DNA of 64,000 nt from Microthrixaceae bacterium (GTDB taxonomy: Bacteria; Actinomycetota; Acidimicrobiia; Acidimicrobiales; Microtrichaceae), in the NCBI GenBank assembly GCA_049647585.1, contig JBARXY010000008.1:2024-66023 (forward strand), given 5' to 3'. The notes under the pieces are model-generated. The model was not told the origin of the DNA. It ran no database searches and worked only from the letters and a program-made list of their open reading frames with translations. Both the position numbers and the translations under genes were made by a program. Numbering within the stretch: the first letter of the stretch is position 1; each line of letters starts with the position of its first letter. Positions 43,815 through 53,204 of this stretch are shown piece after piece.

Positions 43815-44615
43815 TCAGCCGCCGGGCTGGAAGTCGATAGTCAGCGGAAGTTCGGCATTGTTGTAGAGCGCATCTCGAACCCACAAGTTACCCGAGACCT
43901 GTCCCGTGAGCGGGCCCACGAGACCGATCCAACTCCCATCGCAGGAATAGACGACATCGGCTTCGGTCGCCGACACCGGCGTCAGCGTCGCTTCGCGGCA
44001 CGTGTTGGAGTAGCTCGAGCCACTGAACGTGATGTTCTTAGAATTGGGTGCGTTCCATAGTCCGAGGAAGACTGGAGAGTCGTCGCGCACCCGGGCGGTC
44101 ACAGTGAACGGAGTGCCCCGTGTGACTACCTCCGGCGAGGTGTGGTAGCTCACCAGCGTCGGTGGCGACACGTCGTCGGAACCTCCGACCACCTCGAACG
44201 TCACCGTGGAAGGCGGAGGTGGCGGCGACTGAAAGGGGTAGTCGGTGGGCGGCAAGTAGTTGGGGCGGTAGCTGAGTGTCCAGGTGCCGTTCGACACCAA
44301 CGCTGGAAGCGCGCAGTTGATCGTGATCGTGGCATGCGTCAGGTCGCCGCCGGGATGTTCGATCGTCGAGGTGCAGTTCTCGACGCCGACGCCGGAACCC
44401 TGCGGGTTGACCAGAGCGAGTGGTAATACGTTGTAGACCTCCACGTTGTGGCTGGCTTCGATCCGGACACTGACCGTGTCGCCGGGATGGGCCGGCTGCG
44501 GCGAGATCTCTACCGAGTCGACGCTCGGTGGGGCGGGTGCCGGCGGCGTGTAGCACCCCGCCAGTGAGCCGAGCAGCACCAACACGACGACGCCGTACAC
44601 CGAACGCTTCAACAT
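43815..44615 (-). CDS. lipoprotein, probably Ig-like/beta-sandwich domains
   Basis: Signal peptide and lipobox MLKRSVYGVVVLVLLGSLAGC, then Pro-rich linkers between beta-rich segments. Confidence 0.7.
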   Translation of the reverse strand: MLKRSVYGVVVLVLLGSLAGCYTPPAPAPPSVDSVEISPQPAHPGDTVSVRIEASHNVEVYNVLPLALVNPQGSGVGVENCTSTIEHPGGDLTHATITINCALPALVSNGTWTLSYRPNYLPPTDYPFQSPPPPPSTVTFEVVGGSDDVSPPTLVSYHTSPEVVTRGTPFTVTARVRDDSPVFLGLWNAPNSKNITFSGSSYSNTCREATLTPVSATEADVVYSCDGSWIGLVGPLTGQVSGNLWVRDALYNNAELPLTIDFQPGG

Positions 44616-44841
44616 GATCAGATCCCCCCTGGGCCGCACGACGTGCGCGAAAGAACCCTAGTGGAGTGTCGCGGAACTCGCGGAAAATGGGTGTCGCCGG
44701 GCGAGTAGCGAGTCCGATCTGTGGGGCGGCAGGCAGCGCCGGTACCCGGCGAGGCTCGCCAAACTAGTGAAGGAGGACAGATCGATAGCTTCCAGGTGTT
44801 GAGGGCCCACCCGAACAGTTCAGGGGGCTTGCTCGGATCGC

Positions 44842-45405
44842 TCAGCTCAGGGCTGCCTCTGACACCAGTATCTGTGCCATCGCCAACAGGGGCGACTGGC
44901 CTGGCGCTGGGCCACAGGCGTCGATCTGCTGCGCCGCACCATCAACTATGAACTGATAGTGCACGAGGGTCCAGAAGTTCTCCTCGGCTGCATCGCAGGT
45001 GTGCGCGACATCGCGACGAAGTTGGTCGAGATTTGCATCCGCGAGGTTGGTCCGAAGGCTGGTCAGGTCCTCGGCCGAGAACTGTCCAGCTTTCGAGGTG
45101 CCATTGCCATATCTGATTCGGAATGAGCCGTCGTCGAGAACGATCAAGTGCTTCTCACACGTGCTGTCGCAGTCGAGCACGTCCAGGCGCATCAATTCAC
45201 CAGGTTGAATCGTATCGGGCCCGGTTCCGGCTGGCTTCGAAACCGGTGGCTCAGATGCGCCGTCTGAAGGCAATGAACTCGACGATTCGACATCGTCCGC
45301 AGGTACCGCATTTTGGGCGGCGATAGCATCGGTCCCGCCGGAGGAACACCCCGTCAAAATGACGATGAGCGCTAGTCCGCACGCTAAAAGGCCCAATCTT
45401 CCCAT
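44842..45405 (-). CDS. lipoprotein, hypothetical
   Basis: The lipobox is LIVILTGCSS. No family was recognised. Confidence 0.6.
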   Translation of the reverse strand: MGRLGLLACGLALIVILTGCSSGGTDAIAAQNAVPADDVESSSSLPSDGASEPPVSKPAGTGPDTIQPGELMRLDVLDCDSTCEKHLIVLDDGSFRIRYGNGTSKAGQFSAEDLTSLRTNLADANLDQLRRDVAHTCDAAEENFWTLVHYQFIVDGAAQQIDACGPAPGQSPLLAMAQILVSEAALS

Positions 45406-45974
45406 CGGCGGGACTGTATCGATCGAACGCGTCGAGCGCTACTGCTTGCTGAGCCCCTAACGGAGCGCTTGTTTGCGCACTGTCGTTGGGGCGGCATTCG
45501 ACTTTCTAAGCCGACAGGTGGAGGTCTGGTCGACGGCTCGCACGACCGGCGGTTGCGAACACCCAACCAATTCGAGTCAGAGTTATTTGTACTATTGCAG
45601 CGACTGGTTACGCACTCGTCGACCCGAGCAGCGGTGTTCGCTGGCCACCTCTACTGGACCGTCACGCCGATTCAAGCAGGACTCAAAGCCCTAGCCGACT
45701 TCGGAGACAAGATCGATGAAATAGGCGAGAAGCGCAGAGCGAGGAAGGCAGAACTCGGAGTAGCCCAACTCGGAAGCCTCCCGGCGAATCTTTGACCACC
45801 GAACCACGAACTCAGTTCAACTAGGTTCTATGCAGTTTGCGGGTGCTGTGTTACAAGGAACGCACCCGATAGGCCTGTCCCTAAACGGCACTTTGGTAGC
45901 AGGTCCGGGATCTGCGATAGTCGGACCTCTACAGATTGAGCCTGGTGGCGGACGATGGATTGGAAACGACTCCG

Positions 45975-46517
45975 TCAGGGTTCGGGATAAGTGTCGAGCC
46001 GGCGGAGCGCCTCATCCAATGCGGCCCGGTAGGAGAGTAGAAGAGGTTCGTCGGTGAAGAGATCCAGGCTGACCGAGTCAGCGAGAAACTGCGCTGACGA
46101 GTCTTTGCCTCCGATGAAGAAATGTCGCTTCGATCGGTCTCCCAGGTAGGTCGTGCCGAAAGTTGCGAGGTTGTAGGCGTCGATCTCGTCGGACCACTCG
46201 GATTCGAGAACCTCGTAGACCCCGGCGCTGAGGTCGCCCCGGGGGTCCTTCCAGAATGCTTCTTCGTTGGGGTATCCGTGGATGCACTGCACCACGCCGC
46301 GCACCGTAATGAGGGCGGCGCACTCCACTCGGTCTCGAGAGGTCAGGCTCGGGGTGTAGCCGCACGACAGGGCATACGCGTTGGACCTCTCCTCGCGAGC
46401 CAGGATCATGAGGTCAGTCCCCGATGAGCACGGCTCGAACGGCAGATCGAGCCTGTGGACGGTTCCTCCAAAGCTGTTTCCCACTAGCCCATTATGGCGC
46501 AACCCGCTGAATGCCAT
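45975..46517 (-). CDS. hypothetical protein (conserved PNEE...YEV.ESEW...RHF motif family)
   Basis: The segment HGYPNEEAF......AGVYEVLESEWSDEI..YN.......KRHFFIGGKDSSAQFLADS matches a motif pattern recalled from a widespread uncharacterised bacterial family; no search was run to confirm it. The gene lies in a lower-G+C patch. Confidence 0.5.
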   Translation of the reverse strand: MAFSGLRHNGLVGNSFGGTVHRLDLPFEPCSSGTDLMILAREERSNAYALSCGYTPSLTSRDRVECAALITVRGVVQCIHGYPNEEAFWKDPRGDLSAGVYEVLESEWSDEIDAYNLATFGTTYLGDRSKRHFFIGGKDSSAQFLADSVSLDLFTDEPLLLSYRAALDEALRRLDTYPEP

Positions 46518-46878
46518 TCTATCGCCGGTTATGTAGGTACTTCAGGACTAAACCGAAAGTCTCCACTCGGGGTTGAGTCGGTTTGGTCCGCCGACGTGAA
46601 CCTCCACCCCGCTGAGCCGGTTGCCCGCACCCCGAGGCCTCCCCTTCCCGTCCTTGCTGCGCCCGGCCTCGGGCCCCTCGACTGGTTCTCTCCAGCGGTC
46701 GACGCAGGCTTTCCAAGGCGCGCTGCCCAGACCCAGCGAATCTCTCAGGCGCCCCAAGCGATCCGAAAGAAGGAGCCCTCCGGAAGGACCCGTCTGGAGG
46801 GGAGATATCGGAACCTTGGGCGCAGGTGCCCGCCACCTGTCGAACCGGTGCAGCGCAAAGCATCGGTAGGGTTGGAGA

Positions 46879-47913
46879 ATGCGCATCGGAGTGCTGACAT
46901 CAGGCGGCGACTGTCCAGGTCTTAATGCCGTGATCAGGGCAATCGTCCGAAAGGTTGATCGGATCCACGGGGGATCGGTCGTCGGATTCAGAGACGCTTG
47001 GAGGGGCGTACTCGATGATGACTACCAGGTTCTGGACGTCGATTCTTGCCGGGGGATCCTTCCTCGCGGCGGCACAATTCTTGGCACCTCGAGGATTCAG
47101 CCCTACCAGTTCGACGACGGTCTTGAGCGGGTCCGCTCAGCCATGCAGGAACATCGCCTCGACGGGTTCGTGGTGATCGGCGGCAACGGTTCCATGCGGG
47201 CGGCCCTCGACCTGCAGCGCGACGGCGTGCCGTGCATCGGCGTGCCCAAGACCATCGACAACGACATCGACGCCACTGAATTGTCGTTCGGTTTCGACAC
47301 GGCAGTCCACGTTGCGAGCTCAGCCATTGATCGTCTCCACACCACCGCCGAGGCGCACCATCGCGTGATGGTTGTCGAGGTGATGGGTCGCCACACCGGT
47401 CACATTGCAGTAAGGGCCGGACTGGCCGGGGGAGCGTCGATGATCCTCATCCCCGAGGTTCCTTTCGACATTGCCGAGGTTTGCGCGGCGCTCGAGCGTC
47501 GTCACGGCGGCAACAAGTTCGCTTCGATCGTCGTGGTGGCCGAGGGGGCCATGCCTGTCGAGGGCACCATGGCCGCGCCCGACTACGAGATCGATCGCTT
47601 CGGCCACAAGCGTCTCGGCGGCATCGGCATGATGATCGCCTCCGAGATCGAAGGCAGGGTAGGACTTGAGACTCGGTTGACCTCGCTCGGATACGTCCAG
47701 CGAGGTGGGACCCCAACCGCCTACGACAGAGTCCTCGCCACCCGGTACGGGGTTGCGGCGGCAGATGCGGCGGCCGGCGGGCTTTGGGGATCGATGGTTG
47801 CATTGCAGGCGGACAAGATCGTTCACGTCCAGCTTGCCGATGCCGTCAACACGACCAAGACCGTCGATCTGGACTTCTATCGTGAGGTTGCCATGCCGTT
47901 CTTCGCACAGTGA
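46879..47913 (+). CDS. pfkA: 6-phosphofructokinase
   Basis: Motifs: MRIGVLTSGGDCPGLNAVIRA, VVIGGNGS, PKTIDNDI, MGRHTGHIA. Confidence 0.92.
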   Translation: MRIGVLTSGGDCPGLNAVIRAIVRKVDRIHGGSVVGFRDAWRGVLDDDYQVLDVDSCRGILPRGGTILGTSRIQPYQFDDGLERVRSAMQEHRLDGFVVIGGNGSMRAALDLQRDGVPCIGVPKTIDNDIDATELSFGFDTAVHVASSAIDRLHTTAEAHHRVMVVEVMGRHTGHIAVRAGLAGGASMILIPEVPFDIAEVCAALERRHGGNKFASIVVVAEGAMPVEGTMAAPDYEIDRFGHKRLGGIGMMIASEIEGRVGLETRLTSLGYVQRGGTPTAYDRVLATRYGVAAADAAAGGLWGSMVALQADKIVHVQLADAVNTTKTVDLDFYREVAMPFFAQ

Positions 47914-47945
47914 GTCGGTGTTCGGTCGGTCGGCGTACTGACGCC

Positions 47946-48596
47946 TCAGCAGATCATCTTCAGACGAGCCCGGCGAGCCTTCAGCAGGGCGATTGAATCG
48001 TCACTGAGCCCGGCGCTGACCCCTTGGTCCGTCGTCGCCAGGAGGTCCCGGAAATCGCAGTTGCTGACCTCGGAGCGGTCGCCTCGGATTGGGGATGTCA
48101 CCTGGATGTCCTCGCCGTTCACCTGGAATTCGACCGAGCGGACAGCTGCCTGCTGGGTGACGGTGAGCACTATCTGAGCGATGGCCTGCTGGCGGGAAAC
48201 CCCGACCACGTTGTCGAAGGCCTGGGAGAGGTTGACGACCAATCTGCTGCCCCGGAGCTTGCTGGCGATGAGCGTTGTTCCTGCTGGAATCGACGAATAC
48301 GCCCCGACCTCGCTCAGCGGCTTCGGGGGAGCCTTGAGCAGAGCTTCGATCAGCGTCTTCGCGGACCTGTCGGACAGGAGTGTGGTCGCAGGAACTATGG
48401 CCCCCTCGGCAACGTAGTAGAGGACCCCTTCGACTCCGCCCTGCGCTTGATCAGCCAGTGTCGTTGTGGTGGACAGCTGAGCCTCGACGGTACGCGGCGT
48501 GTGGTCCATGTTGATTCCGCATCCGGCCAGGACCATGCCCAGTACGAGGAGGACTGCGCCTAGCCGTCGCGGCAGGTCCCGGAGCGACGTGGTCAT
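47946..48596 (-). CDS. GerMN-domain lipoprotein (short LpqB-like)
   Basis: The lipobox is LGMVLAGCG. The GerMN-like region is IEALLKAPP...IPAGTTL...LVVNLSQAF....QQAIAQIVLTVTQ...VRSVEFQVNGE. The start overlaps the kinase stop by 4 nt. Confidence 0.75.
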   Translation of the reverse strand: MTTSLRDLPRRLGAVLLVLGMVLAGCGINMDHTPRTVEAQLSTTTTLADQAQGGVEGVLYYVAEGAIVPATTLLSDRSAKTLIEALLKAPPKPLSEVGAYSSIPAGTTLIASKLRGSRLVVNLSQAFDNVVGVSRQQAIAQIVLTVTQQAAVRSVEFQVNGEDIQVTSPIRGDRSEVSNCDFRDLLATTDQGVSAGLSDDSIALLKARRARLKMIC

Positions 48597-50305
48597 TCTG
48601 CGTCCTCGGTCTCTGGACCCATCGATGGCAACACACCCGTCAGGGCGAACGCTTCGGCCTCTTCGGGGGAAACAGACGAGAGTGCCTCGTGGTCATCGGA
48701 GTAGACCGGCTCGATCACGGGAAGTTCCAGCACGAACCTGGACCCGGGGCCACCGTCGTGACGGTCCTCGACCCAGACTCGACCACCCTGCAGCCTGGCG
48801 TGCTCGGCCGCAAGGGCGAGCCCCAGACCGACGCCCATGTCGATCCCTCGACTTCCGCCCTGGTCTCCTCGGTTGAAGCGATCGAAGATCTTGTCGCGTT
48901 GGTTCTCGGGAACTCCCGGACCACTGTCTTCCACGGCAATGCGCACCGATCTGCCGAGCCCGACTCCATCTCCCTGCTCCGGTTCCGGGTCGACCTCGAC
49001 CTCAACGGCTGTGGCGCCGTCCCCGTACTTCTTTGCGTTGTCAACGAAGTTGGCGAGGACTCGGACAAGGCGCCGCTTGTCGCAGGCCATGATCAACTCT
49101 GCCGCTTCGTCGGTGGCCTCGACCGGAATCGGATCCGGGGATGTCATCCGGACAGCGGCAGTCACGGTCGGTACAAGTGCGACCGCGTCCAGTTCAAGAC
49201 GTACTGCGCCAGCGTCGAATCGGGAGATTTCGAGGAGGTCTTCGACGAGCTGTGTGAACCGCTGCATATCGAGGGTCAACAGATCGAGTGCCCGTTGGGA
49301 CCGTTCCGGCAGAACGTCGCGGTTGTTCCTGAGTACCTCGATGGAGGCGTTGAGGGTCGTCAGCGGCGAACGCAGCTCATGGCTCACGTCGCTGGCGAAG
49401 CGCGCATCACGATTGATCCGGTCTTCGAGTGCCGAGACCATTTCATTGAAGTTTGCGACCAGCGGCGCCAGATCGACGTCGTTGACGTAGTCGTCGTAGT
49501 CGATGCGGGTGTCGAGCTGACCCAGTGCGACGGCCTCTGCGGCCTCGCCGATCCGACCGAGCGGCTTGAGGGCGTACCTGCTCGACCAGTAGCTGAGAAC
49601 CACTGCCAGGGCGGTGGCCACGATCGTGACTATCACCAGCCCGACCCTCATGGTGCGCAGCGCCGAGTTGATGTCTTCGAGAGAGTGGATCTGGAAGTAG
49701 CTCGCATCGGAGCCGGGGATCGCAATGCCTATCGCCAGTAGGGGCTCGTTGCGGGCCGAGAACCTCATGATCGAGTTCTTGCGGTCGATCGTCACCTCTC
49801 GAACCATCGCGGTCGGGAGCGTGTCCACGCCGTACCTGGGGTTGAGGGACACGGTGGTGGGCTCGTCCACCGATGACCCCGACGGAGTGACTATCAGCGA
49901 CGGTGATCCGGTGTCGGGAAGGGAGCTGAGTAGCGTCTGGAGATTCGAGGTCTCGGCCCCCGCAAGTCCGCCACGAATTGTCTCGGCGTTGGCAAGCGCC
50001 TGGGTGGTCACACCCTTCTCACGGGTGTCGATGAGTGTGCTGCGTCCGACGGCAAGGGTCGTGAACGCAAGGATCAGGGATATCAGCAGGGACACGAACG
50101 TCACCGCGAAGGTGATCCGAGCACGTAGGCCGATCTGACTTCCCCGGTGGAACGTTCGGAAGGCGGCACCGTGCTGGGCTTCTCCCGACTGTTCCTTCGC
50201 CGGAGCCTTGGAGGGGTTCGCCGCCGGAGCTTTGCCCCTGCCGGTCGAGCTTCCACCACCGGGTGTGGAACTCGTTGGTGCGGCCTTGTCGGAGCTTGAA
50301 GCCAT
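48593..50305 (-). CDS. mtrB: sensor histidine kinase, MtrB-like
   Basis: Two TM helices, a HAMP region, the H-box FASDVSHELRSPLTTL, and HATPase motifs (NAKKYG, DSGPGV, GLGLAL). It occupies the operon position after the OmpR-type regulator. Confidence 0.88.
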   Translation of the reverse strand: MASSSDKAAPTSSTPGGGSSTGRGKAPAANPSKAPAKEQSGEAQHGAAFRTFHRGSQIGLRARITFAVTFVSLLISLILAFTTLAVGRSTLIDTREKGVTTQALANAETIRGGLAGAETSNLQTLLSSLPDTGSPSLIVTPSGSSVDEPTTVSLNPRYGVDTLPTAMVREVTIDRKNSIMRFSARNEPLLAIGIAIPGSDASYFQIHSLEDINSALRTMRVGLVIVTIVATALAVVLSYWSSRYALKPLGRIGEAAEAVALGQLDTRIDYDDYVNDVDLAPLVANFNEMVSALEDRINRDARFASDVSHELRSPLTTLNASIEVLRNNRDVLPERSQRALDLLTLDMQRFTQLVEDLLEISRFDAGAVRLELDAVALVPTVTAAVRMTSPDPIPVEATDEAAELIMACDKRRLVRVLANFVDNAKKYGDGATAVEVEVDPEPEQGDGVGLGRSVRIAVEDSGPGVPENQRDKIFDRFNRGDQGGSRGIDMGVGLGLALAAEHARLQGGRVWVEDRHDGGPGSRFVLELPVIEPVYSDDHEALSSVSPEEAEAFALTGVLPSMGPETEDAE

Positions 50306-50313
50306 CTCGAATT

Positions 50314-51012
50314 TCAGGGCTGGAGGCGGTAGCCGAGGCCGCGGACGGTGACAACGTGGTCAGGATTGGCGGGATCGGATTCGACCTTGGTGCGGAGCCT
50401 CCTGACATGGACATCGACAAGCCTCCCGTCGCCGAACACTCCATGCCCCCAGACCCGTTCGAGCAGGTCCTCTCGCGAGAAAACCTTGCCGGGGCTGTTG
50501 GCCAACTCGACCAGGAGTCGGAACTCTGTCTTGGTCAGGTGAACCTGTTCACCGTCGCGGTTGACCACCCCTTCCTGCGGGATGATTTCAAGGTCACCGA
50601 AACGCAGGTGCGGGTTGCCGGGCTGGACCGGTCGGGCACGTCGCAGCATTGCCCGGATGCGAGCGGACAGCTCCTTCGGCTGGAGCGGCTTGGTCATGTA
50701 GTCGTCGGCTCCGGCCTCGAGGCCGGCGACGACGTCGTGAGTGTCCGCACGGGCAGTCACCATGATTATCGGGACGTCGCTCTTGCGGCGGATCGACCGG
50801 CATACCTCGAAACCGTCGATACCCGGCAACATGATGTCGATCAGAACGACGTCGGTCGGATTGCGCCCGAACTTGACGATGGCGTCTTCGCCCGTGTCGG
50901 ACTCCTCGACGTGCCAGCCCTCGTCCTCGAGTGCCAGCTTCACGGAACTTCGGATGCGTTCGTCGTCCTCGACATAAAGAATTCGTGTACCCACGCCCAC
51001 AGTCTCGCCCAT
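50314..51012 (-). CDS. mtrA: OmpR-family response regulator, MtrA-like
   Basis: Receiver domain RILYVEDDERIRSSV...VLIDIMLPGIDG, plus a winged-helix output domain (LTKTEFRLLVELA...VTVRGLGYRL). Confidence 0.9.
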   Translation of the reverse strand: MGETVGVGTRILYVEDDERIRSSVKLALEDEGWHVEESDTGEDAIVKFGRNPTDVVLIDIMLPGIDGFEVCRSIRRKSDVPIIMVTARADTHDVVAGLEAGADDYMTKPLQPKELSARIRAMLRRARPVQPGNPHLRFGDLEIIPQEGVVNRDGEQVHLTKTEFRLLVELANSPGKVFSREDLLERVWGHGVFGDGRLVDVHVRRLRTKVESDPANPDHVVTVRGLGYRLQP

Positions 51013-51036
51013 CGGAGCCGACGATGGGGACTCGGC

Positions 51037-51909
51037 TCAGACCCGACCGGCTCCGAGCGAGGACAGAAGCTGCTGCAACGGATCGAACAGGTCGGCCCGG
51101 CAGGCGAGAACTGACTCGGGTAGATCCGGTCCTCCGGTTATCGGACCCACCCTGGCCCCGGCTTCGGTGGCTATCAACTGTCCGGCGGCCAGATCCCAGA
51201 TGGCGAGTCCAACCTCGAAGTACGCGTCGACCCGTCCCGACGCTACAGAGCACAGATCGAGTGCAGCGGCCCCCATCCGACGGATGTCGCGAATCTGGGG
51301 AAGTAGTTCCGCCACCACCCGTCCCTGGCGCCCTCGCCGCTCGGCTGAATAGCCGAAGCCGGTCGCTACGAGCGCCTCGCCCACAGATCCGACGGCGCTG
51401 CCAGCGGTATCGGAAAGGCGAAGCTGGCGGTCGTTGCAGAACGCGCCTCCGCCCAGAGTTGCGGAATACATGCGGCCGTGGGTCGGGTCGGCCACCACAG
51501 CCGCCACGACCTGCCCGTCCACCTCGGCAGCGATTGACACGTTGTAGCCGGGGTGGTCATAGACGTAGTTCGTTGTCCCATCGATGGGATCCACGTACCA
51601 GGTCGCGGTGACGTCGCCCTCCGACGCCTGCTCGGCCGGGACCGGATTGGCCTCGTTCTCCTCGCCGACGATGACGTCGGTTGGTCGTGCGGCCAGGATC
51701 GTCGCCCGGATGAGGCGCTCCGAGGCGCGATCCATTTCGGTCACGTGGTCGGTGGCGCTCGACTTCGTGTCCACACGAAGCTCGCTCGGGCGATTGTCGT
51801 GAATCAGGGTCACAGCAGACCGGGCAGCGGTCATGGCGATTGACAGGAGATCTCCGTACAGCGGCGGAACCTCGCTCAATGTGTTGGGCTCACCCACCAG
51901 TGAACTCAA
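51037..51909 (-). CDS. inositol monophosphatase family protein
   Basis: Motifs: HVTEMDRASE, WYVDPIDGTTNYV, AALDLCSVASGRVDAYFE. Confidence 0.9.
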   Translation of the reverse strand: MSSLVGEPNTLSEVPPLYGDLLSIAMTAARSAVTLIHDNRPSELRVDTKSSATDHVTEMDRASERLIRATILAARPTDVIVGEENEANPVPAEQASEGDVTATWYVDPIDGTTNYVYDHPGYNVSIAAEVDGQVVAAVVADPTHGRMYSATLGGGAFCNDRQLRLSDTAGSAVGSVGEALVATGFGYSAERRGRQGRVVAELLPQIRDIRRMGAAALDLCSVASGRVDAYFEVGLAIWDLAAGQLIATEAGARVGPITGGPDLPESVLACRADLFDPLQQLLSSLGAGRV

Positions 51910-52208
51910 TCATCCTTGGAGCGGATTGTTTCCCATTCGCCGAAGGCACGGAGGGTGAGCACGGACACGACCGCTACACCTCCGGCGCCCAGAAGAATGG
52001 ACAGAAACGTGATGAATCCCACAGCGGTGCCGCCGAATCCGGCGAGAGTTGCGAATGAGTGTCCGATCGTTCCGCCTGCCCCGGCCCCGATGAAGACGGC
52101 GACGAAGGCCAGCAGTCTGGCGAGCACCGATGGGAGCGCTGAGTCTGGTCCGGTGGCGGGAGAAACCGGCTGGTCCTCCCGAGACCGGCGGTCCGCTGCT
52201 GAGGTCAT
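51906..52208 (-). CDS. small hypothetical membrane protein
   Basis: Two Gly/Ala-rich TM helices. The stop overlaps the IMPase start. The start is uncertain, since the ORF is open to 52283. Confidence 0.4.
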   Translation of the reverse strand: MTSAADRRSREDQPVSPATGPDSALPSVLARLLAFVAVFIGAGAGGTIGHSFATLAGFGGTAVGFITFLSILLGAGGVAVVSVLTLRAFGEWETIRSKDD

Positions 52209-52409
52209 TTGTCCAAGTGTACGACGAGCCCAGGTGGCCTGTAATTCGAGGTCTGCTGACGACTCTCGAACACGGCAAGTCAATGTTCAAGTCGAGCCTT
52301 GGGCCTGACGAAAATAGAACGAGTGCTGATTCTCCGTTGGGGAATCTCCCCACAGACGGATTGCGCCCGACGGGGTACTCATTATTTGATCGAAGTAGGA
52401 GATTCATCA

Positions 52410-53177
52410 GTGCAGACTTCCCTGGTCCCGAGAGAGCTACTCGTCCCACCGCGGCGACTTGGTCAACTACTGGCCAGCGCGCGGATCTCGCAGGGCTTCA
52501 GTCTTGATGAGGCCGCATGGGAACTGGGTCCCAAATGGAGCTCGCTTTCGCTGCTCGAGATTGAGACAGGTCACCGAACTGCAACCGACGCGGATCTGCG
52601 TTCGTTGACCGACTTCTACGGCATCGTCACAGACTCCTTGATTCCGGAGCGGTCGAAACTGCAACTCGACCTGACCGAGGGTGTCCTTTCAGCCGGTCAT
52701 CACGCAACCAAGCTGGGTAACGACAAGGTTCATCGCCGCGATGTCCTCTCCAGCTACCTGTCCATGGTCTATGTGATGCGTGACATCAAGCCGGGCCACG
52801 CCGTTCCACTTCGCCTGGATGACCTCGCGACTTTGTCGGTGGCCCTCGAGAGCCCTCGTCGGGCCATCGAGGACGAGCTTCGACTGATGATGATCAACGA
52901 GGCCGGAAACCTCGGTAAGCGGACCTCCCGACTACGCGGCCGACTCCTCATTCCGATCATCGGAGTGGTCGTGGCCGTAACGGTTGCCGGAACCCTGTTG
53001 CTGGTGGCCGAGGACAGTGGAGCTGCGGAACTTCCGAACGGCCAGAAAGATGTCGCCACCAACGTCGTGGACGGGGATTCAGTGGCCCCGACCGGCGCAC
53101 CGGTCGACATTGATCAGGCAGCGTTCCAAGAGCGGCTCCCGGACGGAACCCCCGGGCCGGTTCAATTTCGGGACTGA
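52410..53177 (+). CDS. XRE-type helix-turn-helix protein with a single TM segment
   Basis: The HTH is LGQLLASARISQGFSLDEAAWEL, with a later TM helix LLIPIIGVVVAVTVAGTLLLV. GTG 52410 is preceded by GTAGGAG. Confidence 0.65.
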   Translation: MQTSLVPRELLVPPRRLGQLLASARISQGFSLDEAAWELGPKWSSLSLLEIETGHRTATDADLRSLTDFYGIVTDSLIPERSKLQLDLTEGVLSAGHHATKLGNDKVHRRDVLSSYLSMVYVMRDIKPGHAVPLRLDDLATLSVALESPRRAIEDELRLMMINEAGNLGKRTSRLRGRLLIPIIGVVVAVTVAGTLLLVAEDSGAAELPNGQKDVATNVVDGDSVAPTGAPVDIDQAAFQERLPDGTPGPVQFRD

Positions 53178-53204
53178 GATATCTCCGCGGCTAGTCTCCG
53201 AAAT

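Noticed and set aside
45469-45795. 108-aa plus-strand ORF in the lower-G+C patch
   Set aside because: The N-terminal half looks non-coding, there is no RBS and no motif. Only the last 60 or so codons look protein-like. The evidence is too weak to call it a gene.
46518-46878. tmRNA, SRP RNA or 6S RNA in the long pfkA upstream region
   Set aside because: There is no tRNA-like 3' end (GGTTCGAATCC...CCA), no SRP domain IV motif (GGAAGCAGCC-type) and no long end-to-end imperfect duplex. It is kept only as an unexplained non-coding stretch.
48689-49741. 350-aa plus-strand ORF
   Set aside because: It lies antisense to the MtrB-like kinase gene and has no motifs.
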